In this document: piece after piece, positions 24,995 to 32,240 of the stretch
Layout of the letters: the number at the start of each line of letters is the position of its first letter
Position numbering within the stretch: position 1 is the stretch's first letter
NCBI GenBank assembly: GCA_964418905.1
Contig: CAYQNF010000004.1
Coordinates: forward strand, 1-33,477
Length of the DNA stretch: 33,477 nucleotides
Direction: 5' to 3'
From: an uncultured archaeon
Lineage (GTDB): Archaea > Aenigmatarchaeota > Aenigmatarchaeia > CAYQNF01
Made by a program: the position numbers and the translations under genes
The notes under the pieces: generated by a model
Databases searched by the model: none
What the model saw: only the letters and a program-made list of their open reading frames with translations
What the model was told of the DNA's origin: nothing

Positions 24995-26591
24995 TAACGG
25001 TTGGCTGCGAGACGCTTTTATTTCTAAAAGCCGAGGATAGTCTCTTCATATCTTCTTCTAATCTAAGAAGTCTAGATTCCAGGTTATGGACTTCATTAAG
25101 TAATTGGTTTTCTGTGGTTCCCTGCTCAAATTCTTTTATTTTCTCCATTACTGTTCTATTCATGTCACTTCCTAGAGATTTTATTCTATCCATTTCAAGT
25201 TTTACTAGCTTCATTAGCTTTCCTATATCATCCTTGTTTTTACCAACTTGATTTTCTAGAGCCGCAACATCTCCCATTTTTTGGTTCAGATCTTCTAGTC
25301 TTTCTTTATTTTCTACAACTCTTTCGGATAGGTCCTCAAGTAAATCTACATCCAACTTAGCCAACTTCTTGTTGACGTAAGAATCCAGATGCATCTTCAG
25401 TGAATCATAATCTTTTTTGACGTCTTCGAGCTTTTCTAACTGTAGGCCTACATCAACACGCCAGCTCTTGAATTTAGTCTTTATGCTATCGATCTCTTCT
25501 TCTATGTTTTCGAATTTCTCATCAGTGTTTTCTTCCCTAAGCCTTTCCGCTAGGAAATCATTCTTTAGTTCAGTATATTTGGAATCAACTAATTCTTTTA
25601 GCTCTTCTTTTGTGACAAAACTCTTATCTCCGTACTCGTCTAACTCGCTCTGTATTTTTCTTAGATCTGAACTCAAGGAAGATACTAGATCATCAGTGTC
25701 TCCTATCTTTTCATCCATTTCCTTTTCTACTTTCTTAACTTCTTTAGGAATAGTATCTAAGACTTCAGTCATCTGTTTCTGCATTTTTCCTGTTCTATCT
25801 TCTACCTCTTCAACGGTTTCAAGGAACTTCTTTCTTTCTTTCGTATAAGAATCAAACTCTTCTTCTATTTCTTTAACTCTTTTCTCCATTTTCTTTGGAT
25901 TTATCTTCATATTGTCTTTTAGTTCTGCAAGAGCCGCTTTAGTCACATTTTCTTTGACCTCATCAAGCATTTTCTCAACATCTTTGTCGCTCCAAGGACG
26001 TGATGCTTTGTCTATCTCTTTCCTCAAGGATGAAACTCTTTCATCTATCTTGGTCTCAAACTTCTCCTCAATAACAGAAGTGTCGACATCTCCTTTAGGA
26101 AGCTTTTTCTCCGATAAAATTTTATCTGTCTCTTCTTCTACAATACTTCTAACCTTATCCCAATCGACTTCAGTTTTCTTACTTCTACTAAAGAATCCAC
26201 CCTTTTCTTCCTTCTGTTTGGACACACCCTTTAGTCTTTCATCCACTTCTTCTTGTATTTTCTTTTCAAGATCGTCTTTTAGACTTTTTAGAGATTTTTT
26301 ATCTCCGCTAGCAGCACTCATCTCGGAAAGAGTATCATTAACAAATTTCTCTAGACTTATTACTCTGTCATATAAATCGCTGTAACCAGGAGCCTTTCCT
26401 GCTTCGTCCTTAGTGGCTTGGACTCCTTCAGGCGTCATCATTCCCAGAGATTCCATCTCATTTCTTATATTTTCAATTTCCTCTCTAAGTTCTATAGAAT
26501 TAAGTTTTTCTAGTAATTGTAGATCCTCTAGCTCATCTACCTTTTCCTGCAACTGTCTAAAATTTTCTTCTTCAGAACTTGCTTCTACCAT
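24987..26591 (-). CDS. Long acidic coiled-coil protein (534 aa), unknown function
   Basis: E/K/D/L-rich heptad-like sequence throughout. It has no TM segment, P-loop or Cys motif. A TATA-like ATTTATAAT lies about 25-30 nt upstream of the ATG. Confidence 0.7.
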   Translation of the reverse strand: MVEASSEEENFRQLQEKVDELEDLQLLEKLNSIELREEIENIRNEMESLGMMTPEGVQATKDEAGKAPGYSDLYDRVISLEKFVNDTLSEMSAASGDKKSLKSLKDDLEKKIQEEVDERLKGVSKQKEEKGGFFSRSKKTEVDWDKVRSIVEEETDKILSEKKLPKGDVDTSVIEEKFETKIDERVSSLRKEIDKASRPWSDKDVEKMLDEVKENVTKAALAELKDNMKINPKKMEKRVKEIEEEFDSYTKERKKFLETVEEVEDRTGKMQKQMTEVLDTIPKEVKKVEKEMDEKIGDTDDLVSSLSSDLRKIQSELDEYGDKSFVTKEELKELVDSKYTELKNDFLAERLREENTDEKFENIEEEIDSIKTKFKSWRVDVGLQLEKLEDVKKDYDSLKMHLDSYVNKKLAKLDVDLLEDLSERVVENKERLEDLNQKMGDVAALENQVGKNKDDIGKLMKLVKLEMDRIKSLGSDMNRTVMEKIKEFEQGTTENQLLNEVHNLESRLLRLEEDMKRLSSAFRNKSVSQPTVIE

Positions 26592-26711
26592 GTTAATATT
26601 TTGGTTTTGATGATTATAAATTGTTTATTATGGTTAATTTATTTTAAAAACAGTGAAATCTCATTATTTCATACCGGTTTATCATATAATTATTATAATT
26701 ATATTGTTCTA

Positions 26712-27275
26712 CTACAACAAACGGAACTTATTTACTACTTGATATAACTTATCTAGGCCTCCATATGTAGGCTCGCCTTTATTTCTTTTAAACCAGAATA
26801 TCCACATTCCGAATATGAATAATAACATCATCTCTCTCCAAAGTATGGTATGTACGAATTCAAGATTTCCCGGATAAAAAACTCCTACATATATCGTACT
26901 TGCAGTTCTAACCAGATTAGCCAGATAAACTAAAGGCAAACCTATCCCCAAAGCTTTCATTTTATTTTTTCCTTTCACGAAGGGTGTGGCCACAACTAAG
27001 GCAAAAAATGCTAACATCGCTTTCCAAGCTGTACAGTCTCTAATAAATACAAAAGTAAACGTGTCTGTAAATATCCTAATTCCCTCATGTTTTATTGAAA
27101 GTCCCAGTGCGGATAAAATAGCTGCAGTCTGGGACGCTGTTACTATCTGCATTCCCGTAGTATCTATATTTATCCATAGAAGAAAGTGCAGAGGTATTGC
27201 CAAAATCAAGAATTTTACAAGAAATGTTAACAAAGTCCAAGACTTTTTCTGAAATTCAGTAGGCTTATTGCTCAT
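26712..27275 (-). CDS. Exosortase/archaeosortase-family membrane protein (short form)
   Basis: 187 aa, polytopic. The core resembles the exo/archaeosortase signature: FVFIRDCTAWKAMLAFFAL (Cys), LANLVRTASTIY (Arg), FVHTILWRE (His). Confidence 0.6.
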   Translation of the reverse strand: MSNKPTEFQKKSWTLLTFLVKFLILAIPLHFLLWINIDTTGMQIVTASQTAAILSALGLSIKHEGIRIFTDTFTFVFIRDCTAWKAMLAFFALVVATPFVKGKNKMKALGIGLPLVYLANLVRTASTIYVGVFYPGNLEFVHTILWREMMLLFIFGMWIFWFKRNKGEPTYGGLDKLYQVVNKFRLL

Positions 27276-27276
27276 A

Positions 27277-27942
27277 TTAATTATTATATTTTCTAGTTAA
27301 TATTTCTCTTATTTTACTAGCCATTTTATCTCCAACACCATCTACTTTCTTAAGTTCTTCTTCCGATGCCGTAAATATATTCTCAACTGTTTTGAAGTGA
27401 AAGAGAAGCCTCTTGCTCATTTTAGTGCTAATATTTGGCAATCCTGCTACTATGAACTCCTTTAACTCATCGGGATCCATTTTAGATCTCTTCCCCCTTA
27501 TTTGAACGGGCCTATCTTCCTGAACCTGTTCTCTCTTGGCTATAGTAAATATAAGAGAAGCAGTATCCTCCTCATTATCAGTCCATATTATAGGTATTTT
27601 CTGATCCAACGCAATACTGGACAAAGCCCCGCGAATTGCATTGGGATGTATATTTCTCTCGCTTCTTCTTTTTCCTTCTATAACAAGAAGAGGTGCATCA
27701 AAACTATCGTCCATGTCCTTAAGCTGAGAAAATAAGCGACCGTCTATTATACTCTGAATAAAATCTTCGTAAGTCTTTCTCTCTATACCAACGCGGTCTG
27801 ATATAAGATAATCAGAAATTTTAAGCTGTTTCGGTTTAACAACGCAATCATTTTTCATTAATTCAAATACAACATCTGATGAGAACTCTCTGTTATCTAC
27901 AAATATTACAATCTCTTTGCTTGGTAAAATACTCTGAGCCAT
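27277..27942 (-). CDS. xpf: Short XPF-type ERCC4 nuclease with C-terminal (HhH)2
   Basis: 221 aa. IFVDNRE...SDYLISDRVGIERKTYEDF (ERCC4 motif with Ser where Gly is usual in GDY). C-terminal LPNIS...LKKVDGVGDKMASKI HhH pair. AGGTGA SD is present. Confidence 0.8.
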   Translation of the reverse strand: MAQSILPSKEIVIFVDNREFSSDVVFELMKNDCVVKPKQLKISDYLISDRVGIERKTYEDFIQSIIDGRLFSQLKDMDDSFDAPLLVIEGKRRSERNIHPNAIRGALSSIALDQKIPIIWTDNEEDTASLIFTIAKREQVQEDRPVQIRGKRSKMDPDELKEFIVAGLPNISTKMSKRLLFHFKTVENIFTASEEELKKVDGVGDKMASKIREILTRKYNN

Positions 27943-28026
27943 CTTTTCACCTTTCTTTATTAACTAGATTTAACATAGAAATTATTATATACCCCATGTG
28001 GAAAAATATAATTTGAGGTGCATTGA

Positions 28027-28722
28027 ATGACAAAGAAGAAAGCTAGACCTTTAACAGACGTAAAGGGAATCGGAAAGAACACAGCTAAAAAACTGAAGAA
28101 AAAAGGAATTAAGACAACTAAAGGATTAGCGGCTTCAAGACCTGAAACTGTAGCCAAGAAAATAGGCGTCTCAAAATCCACTGCAGAAAAATACGTAAGA
28201 AGAGCAAAATCTGTTTCTACTAAAAAACCTCTGAAATCTACATCAAAAAACTTTGATCCTCATGCTCCAGCTAAAGCATTCAACGCACTGAAAAAAGACG
28301 TAAAAAGAATAGGAAAGCTAGAAACTACAGTAAGTAACCTTGACAAGAAATTCTCAAAAGAAATAGATACGCTGAAATCCGACTTTGAGAAAGGTGATGA
28401 AAAACTTTCAAAATCAATAGATTCACTGGAGAAAACGTTGAGTAATGAAATTAAATCCTCAAATAAGGATCTAACAGGAAAAATAACAGATACCAAAAAA
28501 GATCTTTCTGATAAAGTGAAATCATTAGACAAAAAAACAAAAGATAAGATGTCGTCCATGGAAAAAGACCTGAAAAAGGAAATAAAAACCGTAGATGACA
28601 AAGCGAACAAAAGAATGGATAAAATAGAAGGCGCAATATCCCAACTACACAAATCGGTCAGATCCCTTTCAGATAACTGGGACGCTTTCACTAACTCACT
28701 TCTTCTAGACGATGAGAAGTAA
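28027..28722 (+). CDS. HhH DNA-binding protein with hendecad-repeat coiled coil
   Basis: 231 aa. It has N-terminal LTDVKGIGKNTAKKLKKKGIKTTKGLAA...VAKKIGVSKSTAEKY (HhH), a basic linker, then about 10 consecutive 11-residue repeats. GAGGTG SD is present. Confidence 0.7.
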   Translation: MTKKKARPLTDVKGIGKNTAKKLKKKGIKTTKGLAASRPETVAKKIGVSKSTAEKYVRRAKSVSTKKPLKSTSKNFDPHAPAKAFNALKKDVKRIGKLETTVSNLDKKFSKEIDTLKSDFEKGDEKLSKSIDSLEKTLSNEIKSSNKDLTGKITDTKKDLSDKVKSLDKKTKDKMSSMEKDLKKEIKTVDDKANKRMDKIEGAISQLHKSVRSLSDNWDAFTNSLLLDDEK

Positions 28723-28772
28723 CTACCTCTGTGGTTACTTTTTCATTTTTTACCACTCTTGTTATTCGACAG

Positions 28773-28780
28773 TATATATA
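28773..28780 (+). promoter_or_regulatory. TATA box TATATATA
   Basis: It is centred about 29 nt upstream of the ATG at 28806. This supports the shorter start for the wHTH gene. Confidence 0.45.
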
Positions 28781-28805
28781 CCGGTACCTAAGACAACTCT
28801 ATTAC

Positions 28806-29417
28806 ATGAATTACCAAAGCCGACTAGAAGGCCTAAGAATAGCAAAAGAATGCGGTTTTCATGTAGAAGAGGAAGAAAACGGTTATGTAGCAACTACAAC
28901 CTTACCTTCCCATTATCTAACTGAAAATCTTCCAGATTTCTTATACAAAACGGAGATATCAGTATCTGGAAAGGAAGTTAGACTTAGATCAGAGGATCCT
29001 TTCATGATGGCTCTAGTAGCCGATGAAATAACAGAAAGCGATCCCTTTGATCCAGAAAACGTGGAAGGACAGTTATCTAGATACCCTCAGACTCTTGAGG
29101 AGCTATCTGATAAATTATGTCTTTCTAGGAAAACTGTTTCTTCTGAATTGGACAAGTTAAAGGATTCAGGCTTTGTCAGAGAGGAAGATGGTATATATTA
29201 TCATTCTTCCTGGAATGAGGATAGCTTACCGAGATCTCTAAAAGAGAGATCTATAGAAGCCTCAAAAACTATGGACGAGCTTGATTCTCTTCTGGACAAA
29301 TCCCCAGAAGGAACAATTCTAGAAGAACAATTAGTCTCTCTTAGGGCAAAATTTGCAGACAAGAAAATCTTCTACAAGGCTTTGGCTCTTGGAGGAGTTC
29401 AAAATGTTGGTAAATAA
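28806..29417 (+). CDS. Hypothetical wHTH-containing protein
   Basis: The track starts at GTG 28731, but those first 25 residues are F/Y/T/L-rich and contain the TATA box. I use the ATG at 28806. Central wHTH: QTLEELSDKLCLSRKTVSSELDKLKDSGFVREEDGIYY. Confidence 0.6.
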   Translation: MNYQSRLEGLRIAKECGFHVEEEENGYVATTTLPSHYLTENLPDFLYKTEISVSGKEVRLRSEDPFMMALVADEITESDPFDPENVEGQLSRYPQTLEELSDKLCLSRKTVSSELDKLKDSGFVREEDGIYYHSSWNEDSLPRSLKERSIEASKTMDELDSLLDKSPEGTILEEQLVSLRAKFADKKIFYKALALGGVQNVGK

Positions 29418-29856
29418 AAGGAAAGTAGAGAAAAAAATAAAGCAAAGGGACAAATCCCTTGAAAAAATGGACGCAGATCTTAAATCAAGGCTAAGAAAAT
29501 ACAGGAAAGGAATAGAAAAAAGTTCAGTTAGCTTTGAAGCAAAAAAATACGCATTATCTGTTGCAGAAGACCTAGAAAGGAAATACGAACAATGCCAAAC
29601 AACCCACGAAATACAAAAATTCTCAACAGAGGCTATGATAATATTAGGGAAACATTACGAAAGACTGGAAGAATTAGAACAGGAATTTGGTCCCTATGAA
29701 GATGCTATAGCTAAGATGTATCCGGCTGAAAGAATAAAGAAAGCCGAAGCTTTGGAAGTAAGGTCCGCGCAGAAGACGATTGACCATCTAGATGACATGC
29801 TTGGTTCAATGCCGAATTTCCATACTCTACTTTCTTCGACTAATGTAAGAAGATAG
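29404..29856 (+). CDS. Helical protein, possible ESCRT-III/PspA-superfamily member
   Basis: 150 aa from the ATG at 29404 (GGAGGAG SD 9-15 nt upstream; the track start at 29353 lies inside the previous gene). It has a basic N-terminal helix pair (KIKQRDKSLEKMDADLKSRLRKYRKGIEK...EAKKYALSVAEDLERKYEQ) and a less basic C-terminal half. The assignment is tentative. Confidence 0.45.
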   Translation: MLVNKRKVEKKIKQRDKSLEKMDADLKSRLRKYRKGIEKSSVSFEAKKYALSVAEDLERKYEQCQTTHEIQKFSTEAMIILGKHYERLEELEQEFGPYEDAIAKMYPAERIKKAEALEVRSAQKTIDHLDDMLGSMPNFHTLLSSTNVRR

Positions 29857-29868
29857 GAGGGGAATTTT

Positions 29869-30480
29869 ATGTTCGGATTTTTCAATAAAAATCCAAAAAA
29901 CGAAGGTAAGGAAGCTTTGAAGGAACTGAGGAAAGAAAAAAGAAGAATATCCTCAGTAAACTCTAGAATCCGAAAGAAGATGAAGAGAACAGAAAGGGAG
30001 AGACATAATCTCCAATTCATGGCAGAGAAAAACTCCCAAAACGGAAACGGCGAAGAAGCCGTACTGAAAGCTTACCAAGCAGAATTAAAAGACAGACAAA
30101 TAGCAGAGCTAAGAAACAGACAACATGAACTAGTAAGATATGACGGTCGTCTGGAAATATTGATAACAGGACTTGAAACAGAACTCATGAAAGGTGATCT
30201 GAAAGTAGGTCCCATAGTAAATGAAGACCTCATAGAGAGAATAGAAAAATATGTGGATTTCAAAAACGATATTACTGAAACTGATGACAGCGTAGATTTC
30301 GAATACTTGGAATCTACTCTAGACGGATTAGGTGAACCCGAATTACCAGACACGACATACGACGCAAAAAAGATGGAAGTAGACGGTCTCACTGGTTATA
30401 CGCCAGAATTTAGAAACTGGGCGGACAAGTTGAGATCTGATCTAGTTGAAGTAGACGTAGACCCATCTTACAAGGGATAA
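29869..30480 (+). CDS. ESCRT-III (Snf7/CdvB)/PspA-superfamily-like protein
   Basis: 203 aa with a GGAGGGG SD. It has an N-terminal MFGFFNK hydrophobic motif. Residues 1-100 are a strongly basic helical hairpin with a Snf7-like pattern (EALKELRKEKRRI...AEKNSQNGNGEEAVLKAYQAELKDRQIAELRNRQHEL...LEILITGLE). Residues 115-203 are strongly acidic. Confidence 0.55.
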   Translation: MFGFFNKNPKNEGKEALKELRKEKRRISSVNSRIRKKMKRTERERHNLQFMAEKNSQNGNGEEAVLKAYQAELKDRQIAELRNRQHELVRYDGRLEILITGLETELMKGDLKVGPIVNEDLIERIEKYVDFKNDITETDDSVDFEYLESTLDGLGEPELPDTTYDAKKMEVDGLTGYTPEFRNWADKLRSDLVEVDVDPSYKG

Positions 30481-30481
30481 T

Positions 30482-30667
30482 ATGTTAGACCAGATCTTGG
30501 ACTATGTAGACACTGCTAAATATGTCTATCCTATTCTCCAAGAGAGAGCTATAGAAACGGCCAGAAATCCAGCATTTTGGACCGAAGTAGGGCTAGCCCT
30601 CACAGCGAGGGAGGCCCTACACATAGCCGTTAAAAAATATCAAGACTGGAAGCTTGGTAGATATTAG
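30482..30667 (+). CDS. Hypothetical 61-aa protein
   Basis: Its ATG is 1 nt after the upstream stop. It is helical and unrecognised. Confidence 0.4.
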   Translation: MLDQILDYVDTAKYVYPILQERAIETARNPAFWTEVGLALTAREALHIAVKKYQDWKLGRY

Positions 30668-30715
30668 CGGTAAAGCTTAAATTCTATAACTATTATAACA
30701 GTTATAGGTGATATA

Positions 30716-30886
30716 ATGACTACAATAGCTATTAAACCAGAAACAAAAAAGGTATTGGACAGTATTGGCTCTAAAGGTGAAAGTTATGATGATATAATAA
30801 ATGAACTTTTGGAAGTCTATGTACAATTCCTTAAAAGACAGGAAGATATTCTGGAGAATGACAAATTCGTAGAGCTGAAATTATGA
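30716..30886 (+). CDS. Type II antitoxin (archaeal VapB/RelB-like 'putative antitoxin' family; 56 aa, absent from the ORF track)
   Basis: Hand translation gives MTTIAIKPETKKVLDSIGSKGESYDDIINELLEVYVQFLKRQEDILENDKFVELKL*. AGGTGA lies 6 nt upstream. The stop overlaps the toxin ATG (ATGA). Confidence 0.7.
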   Translation: MTTIAIKPETKKVLDSIGSKGESYDDIINELLEVYVQFLKRQEDILENDKFVELKL

Positions 30887-31161
30887 AAGTACTAATTTCC
30901 AAAACTGCCCTGAAATATCTAAACAAATTAGATAAAGACACTTCCGATAGAATAAAAGGGAAGTTAGAAATACTATCAGAAAACCCACTTTCTCCTCTTT
31001 TAGATGTCAAGAAAATAAAATATTCTAAAAAGGAGAAAAATAAAACGGTTTACAGGTTAAGAGTAGGAAATTACAGAATAGTTTATTACCTGAGAAAAGG
31101 AATTATAAAAATAACAGATATATTTCACAGAAGTGATGGCTATGATCATTTATTTAGATAG
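30883..31161 (+). CDS. relE: Type II toxin, RelE/ParE family
   Basis: 92 aa. The pattern ...DRIKGKLEILSENP...VYRLRVGNYRIVYYLRKGIIKITDIFHRSDGY matches RelE/ParE. Confidence 0.8.
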   Translation: MKVLISKTALKYLNKLDKDTSDRIKGKLEILSENPLSPLLDVKKIKYSKKEKNKTVYRLRVGNYRIVYYLRKGIIKITDIFHRSDGYDHLFR

Positions 31162-31199
31162 CACATTAGTTATAAGTTCTTCTTTTTCGAACTTTTGAT

Positions 31200-32240
31200 A
31201 TGAAGATATTACAATTGGGTTACTATCCTCCCCAGGTAGGCGGAATAGCTAATCATTTAGAAACCTTATCAAAAGGCCTGTCCAAAAAGCATGAAATAAC
31301 AGTAGTAACCTACGGCAAGATGAATAGGAAAGACAAGAATATAGAAATAATAGAAATTCCAGTAATAAACAAGACTCCTTTCAGAGGTATTTCATATTCA
31401 TTGGGACTGTTGAAATATTTAATAAAAAACGGTAAGAACTTCGATATAATTCATGCACACGGCGTACAGCCTGCAGGTACTATCACTTCATATTATGGAA
31501 AATTCTCTAAAGCTCCTGTTGTTATAACATCACACGGTTCTGATTTATTGAAATGGGCAGATCGGTTTGGAAATGCTTATTTCAAAAATGTTTGCAATAA
31601 CTCATCTAAATTAATTTGCGTAAGTGAATATCTAAAGAAGAAAGCTCTTTCCATAGGAATAAAGGAAGAAAAAATAAAAATCATAAGAGAAGGATTAGAT
31701 ATGCCAAAACTCTCTTCCAAGACTAAACTGAGAAAGAAATTGAAAATAAAGAATAATACTATACTCTTCGTTGGGGCGCTGATTGACGCAAAAAGACCTG
31801 ATTTAGTAGTAGAATGTGCCGAAAACAGCGTTTATGACTTCGTAATCATAGGCGACGGGCCTCTCAGAAGCAGATTAGAAGACGTTTCTCCTGATAATGT
31901 TACCTTCTTAGGCTATTTGGACCATAAAAAGACTCTAGAATATATGAAAGCCTCTGATCTAGTAGTTATACCTTCAGATTATGAAGGATTTGGACTGGTA
32001 GCTTATGAATCATTATCATTAAAGACTCCGGTAGTATCAAGACCGGTAGCTGCTCTGAAAGAAATGTTACCGAAAGAAGCTATGAGTGAAAATCTAAACG
32101 ATAAAATAAATGAAGTAATGGAAAACAAAAAACTTCAGAAAAAAATAATTAAGGATTTTAATAAAAATAAAAACTCGGCAAAAGATATGATAAAAGAGAC
32201 TGAAAGCTTATACAAAAACATTCTAGATAATTTTTCTTAA
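31200..32240 (+). CDS. Glycosyltransferase family 4 (GT-B, group 1)
   Basis: 346 aa. N-terminal GGIANHLETL, and a C-terminal E-x7-E region (PSDYEGFGLVAYESLSLKTPVV). Confidence 0.85.
   Translation: MKILQLGYYPPQVGGIANHLETLSKGLSKKHEITVVTYGKMNRKDKNIEIIEIPVINKTPFRGISYSLGLLKYLIKNGKNFDIIHAHGVQPAGTITSYYGKFSKAPVVITSHGSDLLKWADRFGNAYFKNVCNNSSKLICVSEYLKKKALSIGIKEEKIKIIREGLDMPKLSSKTKLRKKLKIKNNTILFVGALIDAKRPDLVVECAENSVYDFVIIGDGPLRSRLEDVSPDNVTFLGYLDHKKTLEYMKASDLVVIPSDYEGFGLVAYESLSLKTPVVSRPVAALKEMLPKEAMSENLNDKINEVMENKKLQKKIIKDFNKNKNSAKDMIKETESLYKNILDNFS

Noticed and set aside
25417-26385. Long antisense ORFs listed in the track. Examples are 25417-25848 + and 25912-26385 +, and likewise 13107-13526 +, 16596-17015 -, 28260-28691 -, 18821-19114 -, 4518-4835 + and 29694-30020 -.
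   Set aside because: Each lies entirely antisense to a CDS with strong family motifs or clear coiled-coil character. Their products are S/F/L-rich low-complexity strings, as expected from reading E/K-rich codons backwards. They are shadow ORFs.
26615-26665. TTGATGA at 26616-26622 in the 120-nt spacer as a possible C box of a C/D box sRNA.
   Set aside because: I found no matching D box (CUGA) or terminal stem at appropriate spacing on either strand. The region is better explained as terminator and promoter DNA between two minus-strand genes.
28731-28805. The GTG-initiated 25-codon N-terminal extension of the wHTH gene, and the similar track starts at 29353, 22583 and 11346.
   Set aside because: The extensions are compositionally non-protein-like or lie inside the upstream gene. 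They also contain the TATA box or SD motif that serves a downstream ATG.
30406-30444. EFRNWADKLRSDL near the C-terminus of the ESCRT-III-like protein as a MIM1 (Vps4 MIT-interacting) motif.
   Set aside because: The spacing of the hydrophobic and basic positions does not fit the L-x-x-R-L-x-x-L-(K/R) consensus, and no Vps4 gene is in the window. It is too weak to claim.
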